From positions 5,724,008 to 5,788,007 of the forward strand of contig NW_002060943.1 in NCBI RefSeq assembly GCF_000150275.1: DNA of 64,000 nucleotides, in the 5' to 3' direction. Positions within the stretch are counted from its first letter, which is position 1, and every line of letters begins with the position of its first letter. The position numbers and the translations under genes are program-made. The stretch is from Trichoplax adhaerens (taxonomy: Eukaryota > Animalia > Placozoa). Positions 1 to 13,094 of this stretch are shown here, one piece after another. The notes under the pieces were generated by a model. That model was not told the origin of the DNA. It did no database searches and saw only the letters and a list, made by a program, of their open reading frames with translations.

Positions 1-3000
1 TTACTATCTACGCGATCTACAAGTCAGTGATTATTATAGATTTATTTCGCTGATAATTAAGATCAAAACTTTTACCAAATATATTGCAGGCAATGAGCGC
101 CCTGCTAACAAAATGAAACTGAACGGCTGGACGATGAGAATGCACTGCTATGGTTACGAATCGAGACTACAACTTTGCCAGGTGTCCAAGTCGAACTTAT
201 TTATGAACAGTATCCCATGTCCAGATAATTCCTATGTGTTTGTGCAATGTCAAAAGCCTTGTGCTACATCAGGTATAGAGATGAAAGCAATAAAATATTG
301 AAATACTGAATGTTCGAGGCTATTCTTTTAATATAATACGAAAGCGAATGCTAATAATCAACACATACATGCATATAGCGTAAAATTAGGCTTATTTAAT
401 CATAAGACATCGACTACTGACAAACTTACAATTACACAGTTACTTTTCTCCAATGTGAGCGTAAAACATTTAGATAAAAGTTATCAATGATTTAGTTTTG
501 CGTAACATTCAATGCATAATGACCCCAATATATTTAGGAATTATTAACTTGTGATATAGATTTTTTGATTGTAATCGGAGATTAGCATTTAAGTAGGGCC
601 AGCGACTCATTTTATGTCGTACACGTAGATTAATTATTATTCATACGAGCAGTCCATTTGAGAAATACTACCGTATATCTATCCTTTCGGAAGAGTATAA
701 AAATATTCTAATCATAGCAATTTAACATTACAGAATTATTAGTGATCATAAATTACTTGCTAACATTGCTAATAAATCATCAATTAGACCCTTATGGTAG
801 TCCTACAATTTGTTCAACATTCGAATGCGGCTTATGCAATTGGAAAAGTACCATCCTTCATGGAAATATTGGTTGGAATTGGTTTCCAAAACAAGAATCT
901 CATCAATATAGATATAGTCCATTATCGGCTAATTCATTAGGTTAGCCATGACAGAGCCATTCTGTTAAAAGTATATTCGCACTATAGCTATCGAATAATA
1001 ATTATTTTACTCACGTTTATTCAAACCAAACAAAGTATCAGTGTTTATTGGTATAAGTATTAGCGCTGAAATTCAACAAATCCTGTTTTAAAGTTAAATT
1101 GAAAAGTTTTTTCATATTTTTTCATTACATTAATGAATTAAACACCTAACTTTCCTATATATTATTCCCTTATTTTACTTTCTATTCACTCCTATATAGT
1201 GGCTCCCCCTTTTGCTTATGTCGTTAGGCCTCCAGAATATGACCAGCAAATGATTGCAAAATTGGAAAGCCCCTTACTTAATTTAATATCGAAGCCATTG
1301 CAGGTAAGATCAGAATTTTTATTTATATTCAATGAAAATGAATTATCTTTGAAAAGAAGAATATCAGTGGGAGTTTAAATTTATAGGTGCAACTGATTGA
1401 TAAAATTTAATACAGCATATATTTCGAGGAGAAAATAATAATTAATATCTGACGAGTAGTCAAATACTGAGCGTTAGATATCCAGAACCTGGCTATAGTT
1501 GTATATTCTAACTCTAATTAGAGAGCAAGTTAGATTAAAGATTTATAAAGATAATTTTAGATGATATAAATCGATTACCACATATGCAAATAGCACATTT
1601 GTTATTCCTATGAATTTAGTAAACCCCAATCCAATCAAGTCACTATTGTACGTGACAAAAAACTAATAATATCCACTTCTGCTTAGCCCAACATTGCTTT
1701 TTAAACAAATACTACGGCAAAGTACGATAACTGAATAATTTTGCTAAAATTAACTACATATAGCAATCGACAGTAGGCTTTATAGCCGAGATTTCATTAA
1801 TAGTTCACGCAATAACAGCATATTATTTGTTTTCAGTATAATTCTGGAAGATTTGTTTTCATCTCATAGTGAACTTCATGCGCGGAAAGTATACTGTTGT
1901 TATATATTTTATCGATCAATATTACTTCATATTGCCACCTTATAACGTTGCATGCATTTTTCAATTGTACTATTGTATTTAAATATTATAACAGTATCCT
2001 AGCTTAGCTCAGTTTGTCTGATCGAAGTTGAGAAAATGCTGCAGATATATCAAATTCTATTCTAAAATTCTTGAAGAGTTATCATAATACTGTACCTTAA
2101 GATAGAAAATCTAATCACATTTTATCATGAAACAGAATGCAAATTGCTAGTCCATAATTTTCGTAGAATTATAAAAATTATATCTAGGATATCGATTGAA
2201 GACTGATAATAGAATTTAATTTATTAAATTTATCATTTCTACATCGCATACGATGATATGACTAGAGTTAATGACCGGCTAAATACATTCTCTGTACGCT
2301 TGATTTTAGATTATGATACACTATGAAGTGGAAGGAAATGACCTTAGTCACTACCAAATTCATGCTGTGGATGAACATGAACATCTTATCAATTTTACCA
2401 CGGTTAACTTGCATGCCGTTTCGAAAAATCAGCTCACTAAGAAAAGCGTAATTTATCCTCATCATTCAGGAAAAGTAAAGGTGTGGCTAATTATAATTAT
2501 AATAAAATTAGTAAAAGCGAAAGAAATGCAATTGAATATTTTTATGCTCTTTATTTGCTGCAGATCGCTTTTATTGTAATTTCACTTGCAGTACATAAAA
2601 GTCATCAATCTAGTGCCTTCATATTGCACGACTTCATCGTCAGCGGAGCAGAATTAAGTATATATATATATATACTAAGAAATTAGCTAAAAGTGATTTA
2701 TAGCCATATAATTGTAAGTCGATCAAATAGTAATGTACTGAGGGAGTAAAAATTCGGAATTAGGGTTAGATACATATTTTAAAGCATTTTAGGTGTTTAA
2801 ACATTCAGATCCATACAAATCTCTACTGTGCAAAGTATGGTAGTATTTACAAGAATAATATGACTAATTCTAAAACAAAATAATAGAAAAATTTGTTTAT
2901 TTGTTTGCAAGTAAATGTTTCTTTGTAAAATTAGTAAAGCATTGCCTTTATGCTTGACATTATAAGAGGTAAATTATGAGCAAATCTGTAATTACTTACT

Positions 3001-3311
3001 CTATCATTGCAGATAGAAACCGCTCTTTTATGATCGGCATTGGATTTGTTGGTTTCGCTATTATATTTGGAATAATTGGAGGAGTTTTCTACTGCATTGT
3101 ATCAGCCAGGCGTGAAGCTGCTAAAGCAGCCTCAGAAGATCAGGAAAAATCCAAAGAAAGTTCAAGCGGAAAATCCCCAGGTTAAATTAAAATTGAATAA
3201 CAGATATTTTATTGGCTAAATTAAAGAATTATAATTGCTATATATGTAATTTTAGATGTGGAACTAATGGAAATGATATCGTCGAGAAGCAGAGACGTAT
3301 CAACTGTGTAA
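1..3311 (+). CDS. Paralogue A (5'-truncated by window): SRCR2 - MAM2 - TM - short tail ending SRDVSTV*
   Basis: Hand-spliced GT-AG exons that keep frame: 1-22, 90-272 (MHCYGYESRLQLC...C...C, second half of SRCR), 788-940 (CSTFECGLCNW, MAM start), 1200-1303 (AKLESP), 2310-2480, 2564-2657, 3013-3180 (TM FMIGIGFVGFAIIFGIIGGVFYCIV), 3256-3311 (TAA). Exon order and phases match paralogues B, C, D and F. Confidence 0.85.
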
Positions 3312-3368
3312 TACTGTTCAATAGGAGTGCTATCGACTGAAGCTTACTATGATAATAGATATATAATC

Positions 3369-3374
3369 AATAAA
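3369..3374 (+). other. Candidate polyadenylation signal (AATAAA) of paralogue A
   Basis: AATAAA about 60 nt after the stop codon; hexamer only, in AT-rich DNA. Confidence 0.35.
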
Positions 3375-5831
3375 AATAAGGCAGCAAATAATTTAAATAC
3401 AATGCTTGATATCAAGATAAGCCTAAAATGGTTATTAATTTGAAATACAATATAAATCCTGAACTATAATGGAACTTCAATACAATATATATAACTATAG
3501 ATCTTTAGTAAGTTTGCAAAATTTCCGATTTTGACATGGACAGTAACACCTATTGCCTTTGTTAATTAAAGAAATTGTGAATGTAATGTATATTAAATTT
3601 CATTATTATTAATACATAGTGCTTCAAGTATAATCAAATGCAATGCCGTTACAAACTAAAACTTCTTTGTGCAAATTTAGGATTTATTAGCATTTTCGAT
3701 TATGCTTAATATGCTAGTATTAGCTACGGCCTACTTAAATCTCTATTAAAGAAGTATTAGTCAATTTCACGAGTAGCAGTAAAGTACAGGAGGCAATTAA
3801 GAATGCCTGATGAGGACCAAACTATCTACTAGTTGGAATGAAGTAAATAAATGGCTCCAAATTTATGTCTTATTAATTAAAAAATATGGAGTTAATAAAG
3901 TGTGGAAATATTAGCAGACATTAATGAAGGTAGTTTAATGTTTGTAAAATTAAGAGACCTGCTGCCATACGAACAATTTCATATAACTAAATACATAAGA
4001 AAAGCGTTACACATGTATAAGGAAGGAAATCTCATGAATTTAGTAATTCTAACTAGAGCTGATACGATAGTGACTATGAAGTAGCCTTTTTAAATGAAGT
4101 ACTGAAGCTGTTTTAAATTAATTCAAAGCTCAAAAATCTTTCTATATGCAACGTATAAGGCATGCATGTATGAATATATTAGAATTATCACTGGCACAAT
4201 CTTATCAGATTGGAGCATAGCAATTCAGTAAATTCTCGTAAATGGCATACGAAACATACTTTAATACATCCTTTGTTATAATTATTTATTGGTTTTTCGT
4301 CAGAAATATCATAACTTTAATTAATTTTTTTTGAGTATGATAGCGTTTAAAGCTGCTTTATGTAACACTATGAGATGAATATCCGGCACAATCTCCAATA
4401 TAAGAATATAAATATTAATAAATATCAGTGAGAAATTTATCTTTATAGAGAAATGGGTTCATATATACAATAAAAATTATCGCTTATAAATCAGTCAAAA
4501 AGGCTGCGTTTAAAATCAAATTGCAATCTTTGCATACTCCAAGAATAAGGATCTGCTGTTCGTACCTATATATTTTATAAAACATGTCATGCCTATTGTT
4601 ATATCAGTGAAAGTAAATTTAGTTAGCTAGGTTCTACGAAACTTTTACAATTTATCTACTATCACCACTGCACGAGTTATAATTATTGCCGGTGATTAGT
4701 CAAATAGTTTAAACTAGCTTTTGAACATGGCTGTATATGATACCGGTATCATCTATTTTTAAATTTACAGCAATTATCCATAATTAACTCATTATCTGTA
4801 ATCTAAAATATCGAAGCAGTACGAGTACTTTGAATTTTTTTCATTACTCTAACATGAATGATATTTTTAATATCGATCGTAGAAACTATTTACATCGGAT
4901 TAGTAATATGCATCATGAACAATATAGCAGTTTGCAAGGAGCATAATTTTTAAGTACTACAACCTTTAAATAATGGAATATTTAATTCTGTATAGGAGTA
5001 TAGATTCTGTATTAAGACTCCAATAATCGTAAGTGAGTGGATTAGTGGTATCAAGGGTATTACATTTAAGGGTTATTTAGCCGAATGCTATTAGTGGATA
5101 GTTTAGAGGTGTCAGCTATAGCTTTAAGTGAGAATACCAGGCGCCCTAGTAAGCTGTAGCGGAGCATTTTCATAAGCTAAAGTTTGGTGTTTGTAAAATC
5201 TATACTTCATATGATTTAATGATAATAATCTGTTATCCAGGATTGACCTAGCTACATTAAGGCTTAAATTCTAAATTGTAGCTCTAAGTAAGATACTGTA
5301 ACGTGTAGTATGTAGCTTTGAATGCTTAGAAACAAGTACTGTCAAATATCTGTTAACCTATAGTCAAATGTAGGGTGTGGAAGTGCAGTAGCTAACAAAA
5401 TTGAAAAAAATTTATGAAATAGGAAGTAAAACCATAATGGCTTATAATTAATTAATTATAACTATCATCTACGTTATGTAACAATTTAGGGCAAGGTTAA
5501 CACCGTCACGTGTAGTAGCTCATGAATTTATTATTATACTGATGAACCTAGATCAAAACACCAAGACCGTTGCGATAGCTATTAGATCGCTCAAATAATT
5601 ATTCTGTAATAACATAATACAAAGATATCTGTCAGCTGTTATGGTTTGAATAATTATTAAGTTAACAAGCTAATTTCCATAATAATATCAACAATAGCAA
5701 TGGAACTCCTGGAATTGAAAAACTCCTCAACAACTGCATATCATTAACTCACTGTTTAATTTAATTAGATTTTATCTGACAGCATCATTTTCGTGACCGG
5801 ATTTGCTATATTCTTAATAAGTTACGTCTCA

Positions 5832-5837
5832 TATAAA
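5832..5837 (+). promoter_or_regulatory. Candidate TATA box of paralogue B
   Basis: TATAAA(GG) lies 40 nt upstream of ATG 5872 and 13 nt upstream of ATG 5845. If it is used, spacing favours ATG 5872 (MKIVPLRSFLLAYVLIFFSFTTG, signal-peptide-like). Confidence 0.35.
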
Positions 5838-5871
5838 GGCTGCCATGCAGATCCTATCGAGCTTTATTAAG

Positions 5872-8800
5872 ATGAAAATCGTTCCTTTACGTTCGTTTCT
5901 ATTGGCGTATGTCCTGATATTCTTTAGCTTTACTACTGGAACTGGATCGGAATTTTGTCCTAACAATTGCAAATGTAGCGATACAGAAATTAAATGCTCT
6001 AACTTGATAGCACCTTCATTTTCTATCCCAACGGGAATAAAATCCTTGTAAGACTATCTTTACCATACTCATACACAAATTTCGTGAATTGCTTTAAATT
6101 TAGATTGATTTTTCATTTAATTCAGGTAGTATACGTTATGCTTTCTGATATCGCAATCTAAAGCAGCTATTTAAAATGTCAGTAATTACCAAAGCTAATT
6201 ACACTTTTGAATTCTTGATTGCGGGTTTTCCGTGACCTTTACTTTCTTCAACGTACTTAGTTACCGCTCGTTATTATCTCTAATTTAATTTTCAGAGATT
6301 TACTATAATCAAGTTTTTGCGATAGTGAAATATCAGTAAACTTGTAGATATTATCAAAGGACATGTATTACAGTATGTTTTACATTTACTAATTTAAATT
6401 CATAAGCTTTAATAGGAGTATCCGTTTAAGGATAATTATTTTATTTATGATTTTACAAGTAAGGCATATCTAAGTCATACGAACTTAACAATACAATTCT
6501 GAAGTACTGTAGATGGTAACTATTCACGATCTGACTAATAATTAAAGTTCTTACATGTAATTAATCTTATGAAACAAACTCTAAATCTAATTTAAATTTT
6601 ACTACGCTTATTTGGTACTTTGCATTCAATTAACTGAATTTCTGAATTTTTGACTGTTGTATAAATTCCAAAGTACTACGATGGAATAAATTGCTAGCTT
6701 ATTAGTGATTTAGCTGATATGAAAAGCATAAAATTAAGATATAAATGAACTCGTGCATATTTCAAAAATTATAGGTTATTTGAACAAAGGATACCTTGTG
6801 ACTGTAAGTATTTATTTCCTCTTCTGTGGGCTGCCAGACTAAAAAATGTAACGGTAGATGGCTACTGTAGTACGCCTTCACGCTTTAGAAACTATCACCT
6901 GGATCGTATGTTCGATTATTTATTATGTGATAACAACTTAAAAGCAGGTAAGACGCTATGTTTTGTAAATTTCAATAACTTTATTCAAATCAAAGACTTT
7001 CGACAACACAACGTGTCTAATACTGTACTCTTTAAGATAATATTGAGCTGATAAAAAGCTTTGTGTACTAATTTTCACTTACTACTTTATTACAATACAG
7101 GTTTCAAGCTATCTTCAGTCTATGAATTTCACCGTAAGTTATGAAATGCAATAAATTCTATCAGGATTCATTAATAACTAGAATCTGCACAACCTTACAA
7201 TACTATCAAATTAATATAAATGTTATCGCAGTCAATGAAGCATCTTTAAGGATAAAATAGTAAAGTACACGATCCAATATAATGAATAATAACAGTCGCT
7301 CACGAAAAGTGCCGATTTGACATTAGCTGGTATACAGTGTTTTTAGTCCTAACTATGTTCCATTATTTCTAAAAAATTTCGTAAATATCTTTAAAGTATT
7401 GGTGATATATTAATAATGTTCTATAGTAAGAAATAATAGTATTTCTATCATTCTTCATGGATTACTGTCCTGCTAATGACACAGAACACAGCACCAATCT
7501 TATAAATGTACTTTATTTACATTTCATATCTTAGTTAAACCGAAGCATTCTGCAGTTTGTTCTTTCGATAATGGCTTGTGCGGCTGGCAACAACTGGCTA
7601 ATATCGATTTCTTCGACTGGAAATATCATCATAGTGTTGGCTCTCAATCAGTGAATGCATACCAAGAAGGAATTGGTAAAAAATCGTAAAATTTAGAATA
7701 ACTGTCAGGATTGTTTCAACCTGTTACAGTTAGGTAGCGGATATCAAAATAACGTCAACTTCAATCTTTTGAGATACTTTGATTTGACGGTTTACAATAC
7801 ATAGCTATGATTAAGACTAAGTTTGATTATATACTTATTACAAATCGAAATTTGCAACATGGAAAAAATGAAAAATATTTAAAGAAAACCAAAAATTACG
7901 AGTCTACTGTCACGTTTATCCTCTCTTGATACCTGCTCACAGTACGACTTTAAGAACTGATGACAACCATCGTCTGAAGAAACTGTAACCACTAGTATCT
8001 TAATTACACGAAAAATTAACGCAAATATTATTGAAAAATCCATCAATTTATACTTTAATCTACATAAGCAGTGAAAAAATTCATATTACTTAGATAATGT
8101 TAGGAAACTATGTGTATTTATCTATAAAAATATATTAGATGTCATTGATAAATTGTTGCCAATGCATTCCTGGATAAGCTATCTTATGAAAACTATGCTA
8201 TAGCAGCTATAAAAAAGCTACTCCGTAATACTATCACCTATTATTTATCGCACTTTCCTTAATTTAGAGGATAGTTAAGATAAGGTTGCATTAATGCTTC
8301 AGAAATATAAGTTCCTCGACAATGATAGTTCTTCTGAATATGTACGAAATATAGCAATTAGCTGTAGTAACTTGGAATAAGATATTAGCTGTATCTGCGC
8401 GTGATCAGAGTTGACTATGTGAACATAAGTTAACTGTAAATGAACCTTGGAATGAATTTATTAAGCTAATCAACTATCGTGTGTATCTGTCATTGGTATA
8501 CCCTAGGAATGTCTAACGCATGCTTAATTTTTTTAATTATTTGTGATTGTAGGAAAAGAGAGTAATAATTATATATATATTGAAGCATTTAACAAAAAGC
8601 CCGGGGAATATGCCGACATCATCAGTATACCATTGTTGTTAGCTCACGGAGTTTCTACTGTTATGGTAAGTAAAATAAATAATTTTCTAACACCGGTACC
8701 TGTTTCTGAACCTTTTGAAACTTTGAGCACGCTTAAATAACTATTAGTAATTCTGTTCAATTATACTTTTATAACAAGAATAAAAAATTATTTCAATTCT

Positions 8801-11800
8801 TAACTTTAGCCGTAATGAAAGGTATAAAATATGCTTTCAAGTTTATTAAAATCTCTTACATGCACAGGTCACCTTTTCCTACCGCATCTTTGGCACAGAT
8901 AATTTGCAAAGGATATATGTATACGCAATTTATCCGAGATTTAGCTCGGATATGACTCTTATTGGTACAGTACAGTCGCCAAATGAACGAAGCTGGATGG
9001 AATATTCAGTTAGCTTTCATCCGGAATTTAATAATTATCAGGTATGATATTGGAATGGTTATGTTTCGGAAGAGGTACTAACTTAAAAAAATTACTTTTC
9101 TGAGTTACTACCATTATACGATACTATTAGAGTAGTTTGTGTAAGAGATATTGTAATTGTCTTATGCGAAAATAATATAGTAAAATTAACAGCTTTCTTA
9201 ATTGCTATAATCTCTGCTTTAGAATCTTATCGCATAATATATTTTACTCTAAAACAAAAACTAATATAATCTTTACACAGATATTAATTCGAGGTGCCGT
9301 GAAAACAAATAACGCTAGTACTATCCAAATTAATAGCATTGCAATTATTCCACAAGGTAATTAAGATCTTGCTTTAAATTTTTAAATTGCTTATTTAAAT
9401 TGACAAGCTGATGAATGGTTACCTTGTGTTTAAATTTCGAATCATCAACGTTTACACTAGATTATTACAGTAAAGTTTTCTAGGCTTTCATTTTATACAT
9501 TTGACCTATTGATTGCTTTTATAATCGAAAAAATCAAGAAATCAATTGTTATACTGAAAATGGTCAGTATTATCGAGGCCAAAATCACCAAACTATAGAC
9601 GGCTATGAGTGCAAGGATTGGCAATCTCAACGGTCAATTCCCCATGTTTCTGCCATGAAACGTAGCAAAGATGATCTCACCTCAAATTACTGTCGAAATC
9701 CTGGCAGTTATAGGTCGAGACCATGGTGCTATACAACTAACCCGAATGCACAGTGGCATTATTGCAATATTCCAAAATGCGTTGAAAGTGTAAATAACTC
9801 TTACACTTATGCATTAGGAAGTATGTTCGATTAAGAGTCATGCTAACGTTATTAATGTAATCACGTGTACTAACATTTGGTTTGATATTATCGCATTAGA
9901 TAAATATCCGGTTCAGATAGTAAATAAAGACGAGAATTCTGCTAATTCCGGTCTTCTAACGCTGTTTGCTAACGGGCAGTGGGGAACTGTTTGTGGTGAT
10001 AGGTTGTCGGTACATGCTGCATCTGCTATATGCAAACAAACTAATAAGGGCAACTATGGATATATAACAAGTAATTTCAGTAACAGAACATGCAATATGG
10101 AAATATTGATTGATTCTTATTAATTGAAATTCTATTTATCGAAATTTAAGTTGCTACTCTTTCAAATTATTAAATTCTAATAGGAGGCAGCTTTACAGGC
10201 AAGGACAAAGTACTAGTGCGCGGATCCGATATTAAATGTAATCCAAACGCTGCAGGATTGCAAGATTGCACAGTGTATGCAAATCCTTCTACTCAACAGT
10301 GCAGCCATAACAAAGATATATGGATAACTTGTTCTAGGGATCAAAACTCTAGAACTGGTGGTTTTGGGGGTTAGTAAATATATTTGTAAATACATTTCCC
10401 TCTGAATGTTTACGCTCATATAATTGTAAAGTCCTTCTCGGTCTGAAGTTCAAAACTTGTCGGCGTATTTGCTTTATAGTTGAATTAGTTGACTCATCGA
10501 GTCCTAGTCAAGGCGAAATAAGAGTGATCAGAAACAACGTTGCAATCCCAGTTTGTTACTCAAATTTAAGCATAGTAGAAGCCGATGTAATTTGTCGTCA
10601 ATTAGGATACACTACTGCTGGTGGCATACAAAGTAAGTTAATAATTTAAATTTTACCACCTGTGACCATATTTAATCAAACTTTCTAAGAGTTTCTAGAC
10701 ATATAAACAATCTATTTCGAGTACTAATATCAGCTAGAAGATTATATTAAGAAATCTGATACATCATCATTCCTATTTAATTTAGCATATCATCCTATTT
10801 TGGATGCAACGGTCTGGGTTACTTATTTTAAGTGCAAGGGCTACGAATCATCCATTAACGACTGTGTAATAGAGGTGACAGACTTAAATCGGCCTTGTTC
10901 GTTAAGTAGTAGAAGGACTTTCGCACGGTGCTATGGAGGCCAGCCATCCAACGGTTTGTAGAACGTTGAATGATTTCATTCTAATACTATTGATTACTGT
11001 GAAAGTTTTTGTGCCGCAGTTGATATGACCCTTCTATATATTGCTGCTATAGATGTTAATCCAACTATATGTAATTTCCGATTTGATTTCTGCGGTTGGA
11101 AAAACACAGCTCAAATAAAATGGCTTTATGCCACAGAATACTCGTACAAATCAGGTCGTTTTGAACCTCTTCCAAATCTTAGCGGTAAATTATTAATCAC
11201 TTCTGTAGTAATTCTTCTCCATTCGCTCTTAATCGCTGATGAGAAATGGTATTATTTTGATTTCATGGACGCTTATCTCGTCACTTATCTTTGTACTTAG
11301 AATTTTTTTTCCAAGCATACATTTACGCCTATTTTCCATCCTTAACCACCGGAAGAGCAATACTTTCAAGTCCTGCATTCAAAGCATATGGCCGTTATGC
11401 AGCCTCTGTAAGAGAGTAACCAGACCAAAGTTACAGTGATAAACTCATAGCTAATAATTTAATTTCCTAGGAGTTACTTGTACGATCAAATTAGGGTGTT
11501 ATAAATCAATCGCACACTCTTTCATAGGTATATTTTAGATATTTAACACATAATTTCAAAGGACGATTTTACGTGCGCTATCGAACGCAAGATACAACTG
11601 AAACATTATTTCTATTCAACGGACAAAATTTCCCAACTAATACTATAGCACCAACTGCACGGAATACCTCAAATTCTAGTGCTGATCCGACGACTGTAAG
11701 TATTCTGTCATCGCATAATAAAATTTGCTAGGTAACGAATATCGTAAGGGATTTATGATTACTGAGAGTAAAGTTAATTAAATCCCTGTTACAATGTTTC

Positions 11801-13094
11801 TCAAAATTTTTTGATACACATTCCTAAACGTAACATGGATTTAGTCATCTTAAAATTGAAATTCTAAATTCGCATAGCAAACCAAGGAAAAAAATTTAGC
11901 AGCTTTCTAGACTATTTAACCCGTATTACTTTAGGCACATATATTTGATTTATCTGTAAAAGAAATGTTATGAAATTATATTTGCTTCGGTTCTTTTCAA
12001 CAATGATGTCATCGGACTGTAGTCCCTGTTTACATTTTCTACAGTATGTAAGATAATCGCTTCAAACAAAGACTTTTAAATACTAGCATATAACCAACAA
12101 TATGCGAGTACGATGCCATCAGCGATATTGTTAAATTTTAAAGTCGCTATTAATAGTATATGATAAAATGTATGAGTTTATTTATATCAAACATCGACAA
12201 AATTGCCTTTACTCCACAGCTAAGTCGATGACTGTAAATTTTATAAATTTTATACGATAAAATACGTACGAGTATATTGGTAGACCTGTAGCTTGCTATC
12301 GTTGATCTATACTATTTCATGATACATGTTTAGCCTCCACAAGCCCTTTATAAATGGATTAACATAACAACGATCTCAATTCCCGTTATAAATTTTAAGG
12401 TAAGTACCTAGCAGCTGTTATATTAACAAATCATAATGGCATATCAATTGTAAATCAAACAGTTTACTGTAAACTATGTTGGTAAGTATAAATTTTAATT
12501 TGTAAATTTTACTAATTAAGTGGAAATTTAAAATAACTTAAATGCCAGTCAACATATGAAACTTAGCTCGTCTTAGTATATTTATTTGACTCATTTAGAT
12601 AATTATGGTTACATATCTCTAACTCTAGAATTTTTTTTAAATGAAATCCTAGATTGAATTTGAGGCGCAGTTGAACTCTCCTGATATTCACGTCAGTGAA
12701 GTAGTTGCAATTTCCACCTTTGAAGTTCAGGGCGTTGCTGCTTATGTCAGTAAGTGTGATCTGCAAAAACTTTGTCTAAAACAAAATTTATACTAGCTAA
12801 TCTTTTCGTTCTTCATGTTGAATTTTCCTGCTATTTACTAAAGACGATTACTGTTCTAAATCTATTATATCTTTCAAATTCTCACGTGCAGAGCCTGGTC
12901 TGATAAGTCTAGTTGGTGTTGGTTTTGCTGGCGGAGCAATCATGTTATCTCTTATTAGTATTGTGACATACTTAATCTGCAAAGCAAAGCATAATCGATT
13001 AAACAGATATGTCGTTTATGCGCGTTTTCCAATAAAGACAGTGACTAAAGATGGCCATACACAAGAAGCAGCAAATGCCTTCAGAGATGAATAA
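5872..13094 (+). CDS. Paralogue B, complete: SP - LRRNT - LRRCT - MAM - kringle - SRCR - SRCR - MAM - TM - short tail
   Basis: Open spliced frame: 5872(or 5845)-6047 (signal + CPNNCKC...C...IP), 6775-6947 (IPCDC...YCSTP...LLC), 7101-7133; MAM1 7535-7675, 8553-8665, 8868-9041, 9281-9356; kringle 9539-9820 (YRG...NYCRNP...RPWCYT...YCNIPKC); SRCR1 9900-10070, 10184-10369 (GQWGTVC); SRCR2 10480-10632, 10786-10953 (ADVICRQLGY, CKGYESSINDC); MAM2 11053-11184, 11301-11407, 11528-11695, 12334-12399, 12653-12749; TM and tail 12892-13094 (TAA). Confidence 0.88.
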
